This document shows, in pieces, positions 9,404 to 19,433 of a stretch of 64,000 nt of DNA. The notes below the pieces were generated by a model, which ran no database searches, was not told the origin of the DNA, and saw nothing but the letters and a program-made list of their open reading frames with translations. Numbering within the stretch: position 1 is the stretch's first letter; each line of letters opens with the position of its first letter. The DNA comes from Candidatus Hodarchaeota archaeon. Its GTDB lineage: Archaea > Asgardarchaeota > Lokiarchaeia > Sigyniarchaeales > SOKP01. A program made the translations under genes and the position numbers. The stretch covers positions 96,001 to 160,000 of the forward strand of contig JBHLKM010000006.1 of NCBI GenBank assembly GCA_048886685.1. The letters run 5' to 3'.

Positions 9404-10081
9404 ATGACTATGGATGAATATCTGCAACCAACAGAATTTTTTGATTTCAATAAATCCTCTGTAAATAAAAAAGCAAAAGAAATCACAGAAAACTTAAAAA
9501 CAGAAAAAGAAAAAGCAATAGCTCTTTTTTATTGGGTTCGAGATGAAATTAAGTATAATATGTTAACATATATCCCTCAAATTAAAGAAAATTTTAAGGC
9601 TAGCGTGACGTTAAGACGACGTAATGGATTCTGCGTTTCAAAATCCATTTTATTATCCTCTTTTGCTCGAGCTGTAGGAATTCCTGCTCGGATTCATTTA
9701 GTTGACTTAATTAATCACAAGATTTCCCCAAGAATTGCTGATTTTATGGGAACCTGGACGATGCATTATCATGGATATAGTGAGCTCTATATTAATGGGA
9801 AATGGGTGAAACTTACTCCTTCATTTGATCAAGGAACTGCCATTAAAGGTGGTTTTCTTCCTATGTGTGAATTTGATGGTGAATGTAATGCTGTCTTCCC
9901 TGAATATGATGACAATGGAAATCGTTTTGGAGAATATGTCTTAGACAGAGGAACACATGTTGATTTACCACTTGATGAAATAGCACAAGTTTTTGAGGAT
10001 AAATATCCTAGATTCAAGAGTTTTACTAATAGTTCTCTTCCAAGACAAATAAAGGACAAAACAATGACATATAAAAAATAA
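9404..10081 (+). CDS. Transglutaminase-like domain protein
   Basis: LFYWVRDEIKY, GFCVSKSILL...RAVGIPAR, HGYSELYINGKWV. Confidence 0.85.
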   Translation: MTMDEYLQPTEFFDFNKSSVNKKAKEITENLKTEKEKAIALFYWVRDEIKYNMLTYIPQIKENFKASVTLRRRNGFCVSKSILLSSFARAVGIPARIHLVDLINHKISPRIADFMGTWTMHYHGYSELYINGKWVKLTPSFDQGTAIKGGFLPMCEFDGECNAVFPEYDDNGNRFGEYVLDRGTHVDLPLDEIAQVFEDKYPRFKSFTNSSLPRQIKDKTMTYKK

Positions 10082-10089
10082 AGTAAGAC

Positions 10090-11016
10090 TTAACTAAAGT
10101 AACTCTCTTTTAATCCTAATTCTCTTAAAAATATTTTGTATTTACCTAATTGTCCCCCATAATTGCCAGCAGAAATTTTTATTAATCCATCCATTTCTAC
10201 AATCCCTTGAATTGTTTTTAACATTGTTTCTTTTAAAGTATCAAGATCTAAAGCATTAAATACAATTTCAGGTATTGATTTTACTCCCTCTGGAACCTTA
10301 AATTCTTGGGGTGAGAGCTTAGATTTTAAAGTTGGACAATATGGGTGATTCGTTGATGGGCCAATTTCAGGGAAGCTTGTTTCAGGTTTGGAACCAGCGG
10401 AACATACATCAAAGGTAGTGCAGACATTATCAATTTCAGCAATTATTTTTACAGCTTCTCTTCCCACCTTTATACCTGATTCAATAGAATCGCAAAACAA
10501 CCATAAATTGCCCCCCATAATTCCTGGAGCATAGGAGAGCTCTTCATCTATTAAAAAATCATATCCCATCATAATAGGGATTGAAATTAATTTTCGACTG
10601 TATTTTTCAATTATCCATTCATAACCATCCCCACAGTGTCCTACATTATTCATCACATTGAATTTAGATTCGGTCTCTTTTGGGTACCAATCGAATACAG
10701 CAGTTGTAGGCACTACAAGGATACCTTGTCTTAATCTTCTTCCTAATTGGTCATAAAATTTTGCTGTAGCTTTTTTCCCAGTGCCAGTAACCCATAATTG
10801 AACAATAGCACCTAATCTACCATCAATAGTTTCATTCTCGCTAAGCCACCTTACAATACCTCCTTCGACATCCCCAAATACAGTTGAAGGAAGTGCTGTA
10901 AATGCATTTGCAGCCCTAATTAAAAATTGAGCATCTTGAGCAGTTACTATTAATTGAATACATAGTCCTTCAAAAGCTTCACAGTATGTATCTTCAATTA
11001 TTGCCATTATTAACAA
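10090..11016 (-). CDS. ftr: Formylmethanofuran--tetrahydromethanopterin N-formyltransferase
   Basis: IEDTYCEAF, PTTAVF, GDGYE, GGN, STNHPYCPTL, ISAGNYGGQLGKY. Confidence 0.92.
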   Translation of the reverse strand: MLIMAIIEDTYCEAFEGLCIQLIVTAQDAQFLIRAANAFTALPSTVFGDVEGGIVRWLSENETIDGRLGAIVQLWVTGTGKKATAKFYDQLGRRLRQGILVVPTTAVFDWYPKETESKFNVMNNVGHCGDGYEWIIEKYSRKLISIPIMMGYDFLIDEELSYAPGIMGGNLWLFCDSIESGIKVGREAVKIIAEIDNVCTTFDVCSAGSKPETSFPEIGPSTNHPYCPTLKSKLSPQEFKVPEGVKSIPEIVFNALDLDTLKETMLKTIQGIVEMDGLIKISAGNYGGQLGKYKIFLRELGLKESYFS

Positions 11017-11125
11017 CCTAAAGTTTATTTCTTCTAATATTATTTAGATCTTAAAAGAACCAATAAAGATTTAAAATCTATTATTAACTCTAAATTATTA
11101 ACTCTAAATACAGACTTTTAAAAAA

Positions 11126-12049
11126 ATGCCGAAAGCCATTATTTTTTACGAAATAGATCAGTCGTTTGGACCAAATATATTAGCAGAATATTATTTAAAA
11201 CGAGATGATAAAATACCGCCATCTATATTAAAAGAATTTTCTGAAAAACATGTAAAAAAAGGTTACTCAGATGTAACTATTCGAGATGAGAACAATCGCT
11301 ATTATTCGAATATTGTGAATGCTGAAGCTATTGAAAAAGATAATCTTTATTTAGGATTTATATTACAAGAAGGAGAGGATTTACTCTCAATAAAAAGCAT
11401 TTTTGATAGTATTGAAGAAAAGGTCATTCAGGATTATTCTCCCGATAAGAACAAGATGACTGAACTTTTAAAAGAAGGTTTAAATTCAATATTAAGTTTG
11501 ACTCAAAAATTGCAAGAACCCATAATTATCAAAGAAATTTTGAATGAGAGAACGAAAAAAATGCTAGATGATGGTCTTCTTCAAGAAGCAAGAAAATTGA
11601 TTGAAATTGGTGAAGAAATTCCTGAAAAACTTGCACAAGAAGTAAAAGTCGCTGAAGAATTATTACTCGCGAAAGAATATCGAAAAGCAAAGAAAAGTTT
11701 TCTCAAAGCCTCAGAGTTAGCGACGTTAGTAGAGGAAGAGAAGATTGCTTCCTTTTTAATAAATAAAGGTGAACAGGTTGGTACGTTCCCTGATTTGCTA
11801 AGAGAACGTGTGAATCTTCAGAAAGAAGTTATAAAAATCACTAGTGAATTTGAGTCTAATAAATTAGATCTAGATAATTTACTCGCCGATCCAATAGATA
11901 GATTAATCGAAATTTCAAATTACTTTGAAGAAAGTGATAGACTAATTGAATTAAAAAGACTAAAAAACAATATCCAAAGAGTTTCTAGATTAGCAAAAGA
12001 ATTGGATGGATTAAAAAATAAGATAAAAGAAAATTTAACAAAAATTTGA
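11126..12049 (+). CDS. Hypothetical protein with uDENN/longin-like N-terminus and helical C-terminus
   Basis: AIIFYEIDQSFGPNILAEYY start motif; C-terminal TPR/coiled-coil-like helices. Confidence 0.5.
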   Translation: MPKAIIFYEIDQSFGPNILAEYYLKRDDKIPPSILKEFSEKHVKKGYSDVTIRDENNRYYSNIVNAEAIEKDNLYLGFILQEGEDLLSIKSIFDSIEEKVIQDYSPDKNKMTELLKEGLNSILSLTQKLQEPIIIKEILNERTKKMLDDGLLQEARKLIEIGEEIPEKLAQEVKVAEELLLAKEYRKAKKSFLKASELATLVEEEKIASFLINKGEQVGTFPDLLRERVNLQKEVIKITSEFESNKLDLDNLLADPIDRLIEISNYFEESDRLIELKRLKNNIQRVSRLAKELDGLKNKIKENLTKI

Positions 12050-12050
12050 T

Positions 12051-13868
12051 TTATTCTGATGATTCTTCATCTAAGGTAGGTTCTTCTGCTATAGGTGGTT
12101 TATATTCACCAATATCTTTAAAAATGATTCTTGCTATATCCCAACCTTTTTCTGTTGGATATTTTAGAGCATTTTTTATCAATTCCTCCCCCATTTCATT
12201 ATCTAATTCAACTTTATGAATATCGGGATTATCTTTTAGAATCATTTCATATTTGGCACCACCTGTACCTGTTGGAACAATTAGAATCCCATAATCGATT
12301 ACTTTTTCCGTGATTGCATCTTTCAAGCGTTTTGCAGCATAATAGCCTGCTACTCCCGCACTCCTATCAAAAGTTTTAATAGAAGGAATTTCTAAACCCC
12401 ATTTTCTGCCTTCTGTCTCGATTAAAGCCGCCAAAGTTTGTGCTCTTTTCCCCATCTTAAACTTAAATTCCATTTGAGTTTTATGTTTCTTTCGTTTTTC
12501 ATCACCCACCATATTAATACACTTCAAGGTAGCACCAGCAACAGATTGAGGATTAACGTCTATAGAATATTCCTCTTCCGCTAATATGTCTTCAATTGTT
12601 TTCTTAATAACTTCTCTAGGTTTTGAAAAGTCTATAGCTTCTTCTTCAATCTCTGAGGGAGGTTTTGCAGTAGCAACGATATCCGCTCCTACTTCTAAAA
12701 GCTCCTCAACAGTCATCTCTTCCATAACCACCTTGTCAATAAACCTTCTACATAGTTTAATAGAATTCCGTGGATTTCCCTTGGTCTTTTCATAAATCAT
12801 TTCAATTAATTTTTCATTCAAGGGAAATAGAGGATAAAGGGGAGGATTTAAATTATTATCTTCCCAAAAACTCTCCATAGATTTAGAGAAAAATATTTTT
12901 AAGTCATTTAAACTGAAAGGCTTTAAATCTTGTTCAGGCTCCATTCTTGAGCGTAATGGGGCATCTGCTATTTCAATAATTCTTGGCCATATTTCTTTTA
13001 GAACCGCTATAGTAATAACTAATCCCTTCACCTCATTATATAATCTCTTTAAGATTTCTAAAAACTTTCTTTCAGCAGCTTCACCTAACATACGATATGG
13101 AGACTCAAGTTCATCAAAATAAAGAATTAAGACTTTATCTAGATTCTCCGTTATGATTTTAATAAGAGCTAAGCACACATCATCTTCCTCAACAACTGAA
13201 TTTATTCCTAATTCATTTAATTCCTCATCCTCTAAATCTTCTCCGAGGAGCCATCTTTCTGCTAAAGCTTTTTTATTTTTATCCAATTGATATGTAACTA
13301 ATGCTTTCACGCAATCTGCAAAAACCCCAGGAAATTCTCTTATTCCAACTTGTATTACTTCATCAATTTTAGGCTTTTGAAATAACCCTTTTTTCTCACC
13401 GCCCCACTTTTTTAATAATTTCTCAGAAACAATATCTAGCAATCCTGCGCCTAACTCTTCAATAATACAAGTATAAACATGAAGTAATACTCGGATACTC
13501 GCAGGAGGGCTTGGAACATAAACAATTGTCCAATCTACAGGCAAAACACCTACTTCGATTTCTTGTACATCTTTTGATTGTTCTAATTTCTTTTTATTCT
13601 CTCTTTCTTTATCCTTAAATGAGTGGTATGCGTGTGTTTTGCCTGAGCCTGCACTTCCCAACAAGGGAATTAATCGACTACTTCGATCTCTAGAAGTTTG
13701 TTGTACAAGCCTATAAACTTCTCGATCTATATAACTCCTTGGCCTAGCAATATCAACTTTATCTGGGATATCGCCACGGCTCACAAAGTTCGAAAAGGGC
13801 ATAATAGGAGCCTCTCGTAAAACATCCAAATACATTGCTTTGTCATCGTCACTTAATTCACTATACAT
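12051..13868 (-). CDS. P-loop/AAA-type ATPase with additional C-terminal domain
   Basis: Walker A GSAGSGKT, Walker B ILYFDE, TKGNPR motif. Confidence 0.7.
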   Translation of the reverse strand: MYSELSDDDKAMYLDVLREAPIMPFSNFVSRGDIPDKVDIARPRSYIDREVYRLVQQTSRDRSSRLIPLLGSAGSGKTHAYHSFKDKERENKKKLEQSKDVQEIEVGVLPVDWTIVYVPSPPASIRVLLHVYTCIIEELGAGLLDIVSEKLLKKWGGEKKGLFQKPKIDEVIQVGIREFPGVFADCVKALVTYQLDKNKKALAERWLLGEDLEDEELNELGINSVVEEDDVCLALIKIITENLDKVLILYFDELESPYRMLGEAAERKFLEILKRLYNEVKGLVITIAVLKEIWPRIIEIADAPLRSRMEPEQDLKPFSLNDLKIFFSKSMESFWEDNNLNPPLYPLFPLNEKLIEMIYEKTKGNPRNSIKLCRRFIDKVVMEEMTVEELLEVGADIVATAKPPSEIEEEAIDFSKPREVIKKTIEDILAEEEYSIDVNPQSVAGATLKCINMVGDEKRKKHKTQMEFKFKMGKRAQTLAALIETEGRKWGLEIPSIKTFDRSAGVAGYYAAKRLKDAITEKVIDYGILIVPTGTGGAKYEMILKDNPDIHKVELDNEMGEELIKNALKYPTEKGWDIARIIFKDIGEYKPPIAEEPTLDEESSE

Positions 13869-14037
13869 AAGTTCTCATTCCATTAATTTTAATAATCGAT
13901 AAAAAAAATCTTTCCTAACTTTTAAGCTATTATGTATTTATATCTAAATAGATACATAAAAATTTAAGGTGAAATTTATATCCATGTATATATATCTTAC
14001 AATCGCTGTAAAAATATTAATGTTGAGATGATTTTTA

Positions 14038-14706
14038 ATGCCTAAAAAAGATGAATATGATGATGAGGAGGATGAGGATAAGGAACAAGATCCTTTTAAC
14101 TTTTATAAATATTTTGGAGATCCAAGTAATTTCTTTTCAGATCCTAACAAGTTTCTCATAGATCCTAATAAACTCTTTAGCTCAAAACAATTTAGACAGC
14201 TTTTTAATGATATCTTTGAAAAAATTTCTAAAAATTTGCCCCCTGAGTTTCAAAATCTATCTCCGGAAGATATTATGAGAGAGTTCAGAAAGAACAAGGC
14301 TAAATTCGGTTTAAACTCTCCTATAATGTATGGCTTTAATATTAATATCGGTCCTGATGGTAGACCTACAATAGATTCATTTGGTAATATTAAACCTAAA
14401 CCAACTTCTGGAGAACCTGTCGTTAAATCAAAGAGAGAGCCATTAATCGAAGTAAGTGAAGAAATAGATCAAATACTTGTGATAGCAGAAATGCCTGGAG
14501 TGGATCGCGATGATATTGAACTTGAAGCAACTAGTGATAGCTTAATAATATCCACAAAAGAAAATGCAAAAAGACATTATTATAAAATAGTTAAATTGCC
14601 CTCGACTATAAATTCGGATGTAGCAAAAGCTCGTTATACCAATGGAATTCTTGAAGTCCGATTGAAAAAAATTGATGAAAGACGTACAAACATCCAGATT
14701 GATTAA
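14038..14706 (+). CDS. Archaeal small heat shock protein Hsp20
   Basis: YGFNINIGPDGRP..FGN, REPLIEV, AEMPGV, ARYTNGILEVRL. Confidence 0.92.
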   Translation: MPKKDEYDDEEDEDKEQDPFNFYKYFGDPSNFFSDPNKFLIDPNKLFSSKQFRQLFNDIFEKISKNLPPEFQNLSPEDIMREFRKNKAKFGLNSPIMYGFNINIGPDGRPTIDSFGNIKPKPTSGEPVVKSKREPLIEVSEEIDQILVIAEMPGVDRDDIELEATSDSLIISTKENAKRHYYKIVKLPSTINSDVAKARYTNGILEVRLKKIDERRTNIQID

Positions 14707-14830
14707 ACCTTTACATAAATTTATAGATACATATCTATATTTTATCTAAAGTTATTTTAAATCTTCTTCTTCCTAAAACAAAAAGATTTATTAATAAATT
14801 TAACACATAGACTTTTTAATCATCATTATT

Positions 14831-15850
14831 TTGGTTAAAAAAATGTCCGAAAGAAAGGAATATTTATCTAATCGTGGACTAATAGTAATTGGGATTGTTG
14901 CTTTAATTATATTAGTTGTGGGGATAATACTATGCTATTTAGGGTTAAACGAGGAGTTTTATAGCGAATCAGGTCAAACAGTCTTTAAAATCATAACATA
15001 TCTTGGCGAACCAGTTGTCTTTATAATAATCGCGACAATCATATATTTAGCTTATAGTAAAAGTTTGGCAAAAAATACAGTTCTATGTTTGTTATTCTCT
15101 CATTATTTAAACCAAATTATCAAATCAACATATCAAGATCCACGACCAAACACTAATGTTGGCGATGAATATGGTTTTGCTGAACCTTCATATGGATTTC
15201 CCTCAGGTCACACTCAGAATTCATTGAGTTTCTGGGGATATATAAGCTATGACTTCAAAGATAGATATAAATATAAACAAGTTCCAATTGTTCCAGTTTT
15301 TCTTTCTTGTGTAGTCTTTCTTGTTGGTATTTCAAGAATGGTTATTGGAGTTCACGATTTACAAGATGTGATTGGCGGACTTTTAATAGGTATTGGAGTC
15401 TTATTGTTATTTATATATCTGGAACAGATTATTTCACCACAGTTCAACAAATTAAGCTTTATTCTCAAAATAATAATAACATTGGTACTTTCTATATTGA
15501 TATTTCTAATTGGTACCTTTTTATTTCCAAATGCCGGCTTAGGGTTAGTCTCTCCTCCTGTTAATTATGCAGATGATGGTGCTTTTGCACAAGTTGGTGG
15601 TGTACTTCTAGGATTTGGAATCGGATATCTTTTGGAAGAAGAATATATTAAATATGAGCCCTTGCAACTAAAAACTACGAAAAGAATAATAAATATTGCA
15701 ATAGGAATATTTTTTTTACTCTTAGCTTTTGTACCATTTGAATACTTAATTAAAATAGATAGTGTATTTTTTCGGTTCTTCAGATATGCTCTTGTCGCAT
15801 TTATTTTAGCCTATGTAGTCCCATTAATTTGCGCAAAAATAAATAAATAG
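14831..15850 (+). CDS. PAP2 family membrane phosphatase
   Basis: KSTYQDPRP, FPSGH, SRMVIGVHDLQDV. Confidence 0.9.
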   Translation: MVKKMSERKEYLSNRGLIVIGIVALIILVVGIILCYLGLNEEFYSESGQTVFKIITYLGEPVVFIIIATIIYLAYSKSLAKNTVLCLLFSHYLNQIIKSTYQDPRPNTNVGDEYGFAEPSYGFPSGHTQNSLSFWGYISYDFKDRYKYKQVPIVPVFLSCVVFLVGISRMVIGVHDLQDVIGGLLIGIGVLLLFIYLEQIISPQFNKLSFILKIIITLVLSILIFLIGTFLFPNAGLGLVSPPVNYADDGAFAQVGGVLLGFGIGYLLEEEYIKYEPLQLKTTKRIINIAIGIFFLLLAFVPFEYLIKIDSVFFRFFRYALVAFILAYVVPLICAKINK

Positions 15851-15896
15851 GATCTCTATATTTTTTTTATTATTTTTTAAATGGAGGAACTACTAT

Positions 15897-16055
15897 TTAA
15901 TTAGGCATCTCAATACTCTCTCTCGCGACTTCTCTTAAAAGAATACGGTTAATTATAATTTTGTCGCTTTCTTTAACTTCAGTATTAGGGGTAACTATTT
16001 GATTTATGAAAATATCATCCCTTGTAGGATGTGGAAGAACTTCTTCAAGTATCAT
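15897..16055 (-). CDS. Small ORF (52 aa) or gene remnant, unknown function
   Basis: MILEEVLPHPTRDDIFINQIVTPNTEVKESDKIIINRILLREVARESIEMPN*; below ORF-track cut-off. Confidence 0.35.
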   Translation of the reverse strand: MILEEVLPHPTRDDIFINQIVTPNTEVKESDKIIINRILLREVARESIEMPN

Positions 16056-16185
16056 CTTAACTAGAGAAAGCGGATAATGATTTAAAAAATTTCCTATTTA
16101 ACATTTAACAAAAAGGAAATTATTTTCTAATAAAATATTAGTAGTCTTTCCTAAATTTGGTTTAATATTTATAAACATTTTTTTC

Positions 16186-16641
16186 TTAAAATAGATCTAA
16201 ATAGGTTTTAACTTTTTCTTTTCCTTCCAGTCTTTTAACACTTTCTAAAATTCTTTTAGACAATTCCTTTTTCTTTTGAAAATATAGTTTCATTATCTCT
16301 TCAATAGGCATCCCTGGATATCGTTCAACTAAAGCAATATCTCTCCGAGGACACCCTCCAGTTCTCATACAACAATAACTCATTGAACCAAAACATACTA
16401 TATCTGAATCCCATTTGTTTTCTTTTGAAAATTTTTCTTTTATTTTGATGAATTCCTCAGGATTCAGCCCAATCTCCTTTAATTTTTCATCTCTTCTACA
16501 TTTAAATGCAAAAGTTAATGAAAATCCAGGTTTACAACAGAAAGTAAAAGCTCTATAATCTCCCCCCATACAAATCGGAACAGGTGCATTTTTTTCCCAT
16601 CCTGGAAGATCTCTGAGTTTATCTGGGGGAATATTTATCAA
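16186..16641 (-). CDS. Methanogenesis marker 9 domain-like Cys-rich protein
   Basis: WEKNAPVPICMGGDYRAFTFCC...CFGSMSYCC...CPRRD pattern. Confidence 0.75.
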   Translation of the reverse strand: MINIPPDKLRDLPGWEKNAPVPICMGGDYRAFTFCCKPGFSLTFAFKCRRDEKLKEIGLNPEEFIKIKEKFSKENKWDSDIVCFGSMSYCCMRTGGCPRRDIALVERYPGMPIEEIMKLYFQKKKELSKRILESVKRLEGKEKVKTYLDLF

Positions 16642-16679
16642 TTTCTTACCCTGTCTAGTTTTTTATTAATATAAGGGAG

Positions 16680-16781
16680 GGCTCGGAGGGGGTTTATCGC
16701 ATTGCAGGACTTCTGCAATCAAAATCGATCCCCCGTCTAGGGATTCACAGTCCCCAATTCTACCATTAAACTACCCGAGCC
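16680..16781 (-). tRNA. tRNA-His(GUG) with 30-nt intron in the T-loop (intron 16694-16723)
   Basis: Cloverleaf: G-1, acceptor GCTCGGG/TCCGAGC, C73, anticodon GTG at 16748-16746, T-stem GGGGG/CCCCC; BHB with ATCG/CGAT helix and ATT, AAA bulges; CCA not encoded. Confidence 0.9.
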
Positions 16782-16820
16782 ATTTGCGTAGTATCAATAA
16801 TATTTGCTATTAAAAAAATT

Positions 16821-17396
16821 TTAAGTTTTTTTCTTGTCAACTGTGTTTATTAGATAGAGTAAGAATTTGTTAATTGCATCATCTAAATTTCCTGAATTAT
16901 CTAGTGTAAAATCTGCTTCAGCAAACGTTTGGTTTTTTCTGGCTCTTTCGATTCTTTCTATTAATAACTCCTTACTTTCTCTTTTTCTATCTTTTATGCG
17001 TTGTAAAGTTATTTCAAAAGGAACTTCTATGAAAATAACCTTTATATTTTTATATCTTTCTCTGGCTTCTCCTATTATGGTGCGGCTAACATTAATAATA
17101 ACCGGGTGACCCTTTTCTAGCCATTTTTCTATTTCTATTGATATACCATAGTCTAATTCGTAGATATGCCATTTTAAAGCAAATTCTCCCTTTTTTTCCA
17201 TTTTTTTAAATTCTTCTGGAGTAATCGATATATTCTCTTCAAACTTTGATGGAGGTCTAGTAATGTATCTTTTAGGTGCATATATTTGTTTTAAATTTGA
17301 AGGATATTTATTAACTACTCCAGAAATTATTGAGTCTTTACCAGAACCGGAGTTACCTGTTATAAGAAACAATGTCCCTAAGAATTCTTTCACCAA
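16821..17396 (-). CDS. phnN: Ribose 1,5-bisphosphate phosphokinase (guanylate kinase-like)
   Basis: GNSGSGKDS, RYITRP, FALKWHIYELDYGI, INVSR, DNSGNL. Confidence 0.8.
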   Translation of the reverse strand: MVKEFLGTLFLITGNSGSGKDSIISGVVNKYPSNLKQIYAPKRYITRPPSKFEENISITPEEFKKMEKKGEFALKWHIYELDYGISIEIEKWLEKGHPVIINVSRTIIGEARERYKNIKVIFIEVPFEITLQRIKDRKRESKELLIERIERARKNQTFAEADFTLDNSGNLDDAINKFLLYLINTVDKKKT

Positions 17397-17566
17397 TTAT
17401 CCTCTCAATAATTAGAAATAACTTATTATTAATAAGTTAGATTTGAATATATAGTCTCAAATAATAACTTTTCATTCATAAAACAAAAAAAATTAAAGTT
17501 TAATTGATGTTATCAATCTTACTAGAAAAGTATATTTTTGTTAATTATCTAAAATTTTATTGAAAA

Positions 17567-17989
17567 ATGGCGAAAAAAAGTAGTCAGGAAAAATCAGAAA
17601 TATCAGAAATACCCGAGAGTTATCAGAGATATTTAGATGAAATTTATAATATCTCGAGAAGAAAGAAAGGTGGATGGGTAACTAACAAGGAAATTGCAGA
17701 AAACTTAAATATAGAACCTCCTTCTGTAAGTGGAATGTTGGAAAAATTAAAGAAGAAGGGACTGATTAAATGGGAACCAAGGAAATCCATAAGATTGACA
17801 GAGAAAGGGAAAAAAATTGCTAAACAATTAGATGAAACTCATAGTTTACTTTACCAATTTTTTGCGAAAGTATTGAAAATTGAAGATAAAGAAGTTATAG
17901 AAAATATCTCTTGCGAGATTGAGCACCATATTACTCACGATGTTAAAAATTCATTAGAAGAATTTCTCTCAAAATACTTAGATGGATAA
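17567..17989 (+). CDS. DtxR/MntR family metal-dependent regulator
   Basis: YLDEIY, IAENLNIEPPSVSGML, LTEKG, CEIEHHI. Confidence 0.9.
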   Translation: MAKKSSQEKSEISEIPESYQRYLDEIYNISRRKKGGWVTNKEIAENLNIEPPSVSGMLEKLKKKGLIKWEPRKSIRLTEKGKKIAKQLDETHSLLYQFFAKVLKIEDKEVIENISCEIEHHITHDVKNSLEEFLSKYLDG

Positions 17990-18051
17990 GTTTAATTAAT
18001 ATCCATAATTCATTGAAACAACTAACTTAACAAATTCTTTCATAAATTAAG

Positions 18052-18810
18052 ATGTCAGAAGAATTAAAACAAAAAGTTGATTTAGTATATAAACACTTCG
18101 AGAATTTTTCTAATTTTATAGAATTGCCCGATTTTAGATCCTTTCTCCTGTTTACTCTAACTAGTCAAGTCCCTACAAATATTTTAGCGCAAATGGGATT
18201 AGGTGGAAGCAAGGAGGTAATTAATATACCATATAATCCTATTTTAAAGATATATTACCAGAAGATTAATCTAATTTCTGCTGGTTCATTAATCATTTAT
18301 GTTAAAAGTGAACCTATTTCTGAGAAATTTATATTACAAAAAGACGATCCAAAAATCAAAGATTTTTTAAATCCTAATGAGATGAGCCTTGCTTTTCGGG
18401 GAAAAGAAAAATTTTTATTACCTATGATTAGTGATTGCAGTACTTGCAATGGAGAGAACAATTCTAAATTAACGATAAAAATTGATGATCTATTTCACTC
18501 TTTAGAAAGTTTTTTGGCTGTTGCTGAACCTAATTTGCTTTTTGTAATTGGAGCTAACAATCCACAAGAACCAGATTTATTATTTACATTTAACCTGATG
18601 CCAGAGATGCCAAGTAGATTGGATCAGAAAGTTTTAAAAATCGATGTATTTATGGATAATGAACATAAATCAAAAGATATCACATATATAAAACGAGAAG
18701 AGAATTTTATCATCAAATATCTTAAGGATATTAAAGATGTTAGTCATGCTGACATCTACAAATCAGCATATTCTTTGTTACTACACGTTAAATCTTTTAA
18801 TAAGCCATAA
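18052..18810 (+). CDS. Hypothetical protein
   Basis: 252-aa ORF, no recognised motif apart from one CxxC. Confidence 0.6.
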   Translation: MSEELKQKVDLVYKHFENFSNFIELPDFRSFLLFTLTSQVPTNILAQMGLGGSKEVINIPYNPILKIYYQKINLISAGSLIIYVKSEPISEKFILQKDDPKIKDFLNPNEMSLAFRGKEKFLLPMISDCSTCNGENNSKLTIKIDDLFHSLESFLAVAEPNLLFVIGANNPQEPDLLFTFNLMPEMPSRLDQKVLKIDVFMDNEHKSKDITYIKREENFIIKYLKDIKDVSHADIYKSAYSLLLHVKSFNKP

Positions 18811-19051
18811 TTTATTTTTTTCTACTTTTCATTTATCTGTTTTTTATCCAAAGTAATTAACCAAAACTGTGTCCTATTATTGCATTAATATTGAGTACAT
18901 TTATGAGAAAGATGAGATTTAATTATTCGTTAGAACTTAAACGGTTAATACCATTAAAGGATTAATATTGTGAATTTATAAACCATCCAACAGAATATTT
19001 AAAATATAAAATTCATTCAAAATAATCTATTATACTTTCCAGTCTAAAGGG

Positions 19052-19267
19052 TTGAACAATATGAAGATTATTACTATAAATTTACCAGAGAAGTATTTAC
19101 AGGCAATTCAAATTTTAAATGATATGGGAATTTATCCGTCTAGGAGTGAAGCAATAAGGATTGCTTTACATGATTTCCTTTCAAAAGAGTTAAAAATGTT
19201 TGAAGATCTTGAGGACGAGAGCTTTAAAATCCTAATTCGAAGCAAAATAAATAAACTCAACCAATAA
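19052..19267 (+). CDS. Ribbon-helix-helix (CopG/Arc/MetJ-like) protein
   Basis: MKIITINLPEKYL...GIYPSRSEAIRIAL. Confidence 0.85.
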   Translation: MNNMKIITINLPEKYLQAIQILNDMGIYPSRSEAIRIALHDFLSKELKMFEDLEDESFKILIRSKINKLNQ

Positions 19268-19433
19268 ACTTTTTTTTCTTTATTTTTAGGACTTTTAGAA
19301 TTACTGATTTAAATATATAGAATTATTTTTTGTATAAATTATAGAATTAAATAGAAAAAAAACAGAAATTAAGTAATGAAATTTATTTAGGGAACTTAAT
19401 AGTATAAATTAATTTCAAACCGGTAAAGATAAT

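Noticed and set aside
13930-14749. AT-rich palindromes and a shared ATAGATACATA on both sides of hsp20
   Set aside because: Low complexity; cannot be told from chance without comparative data.
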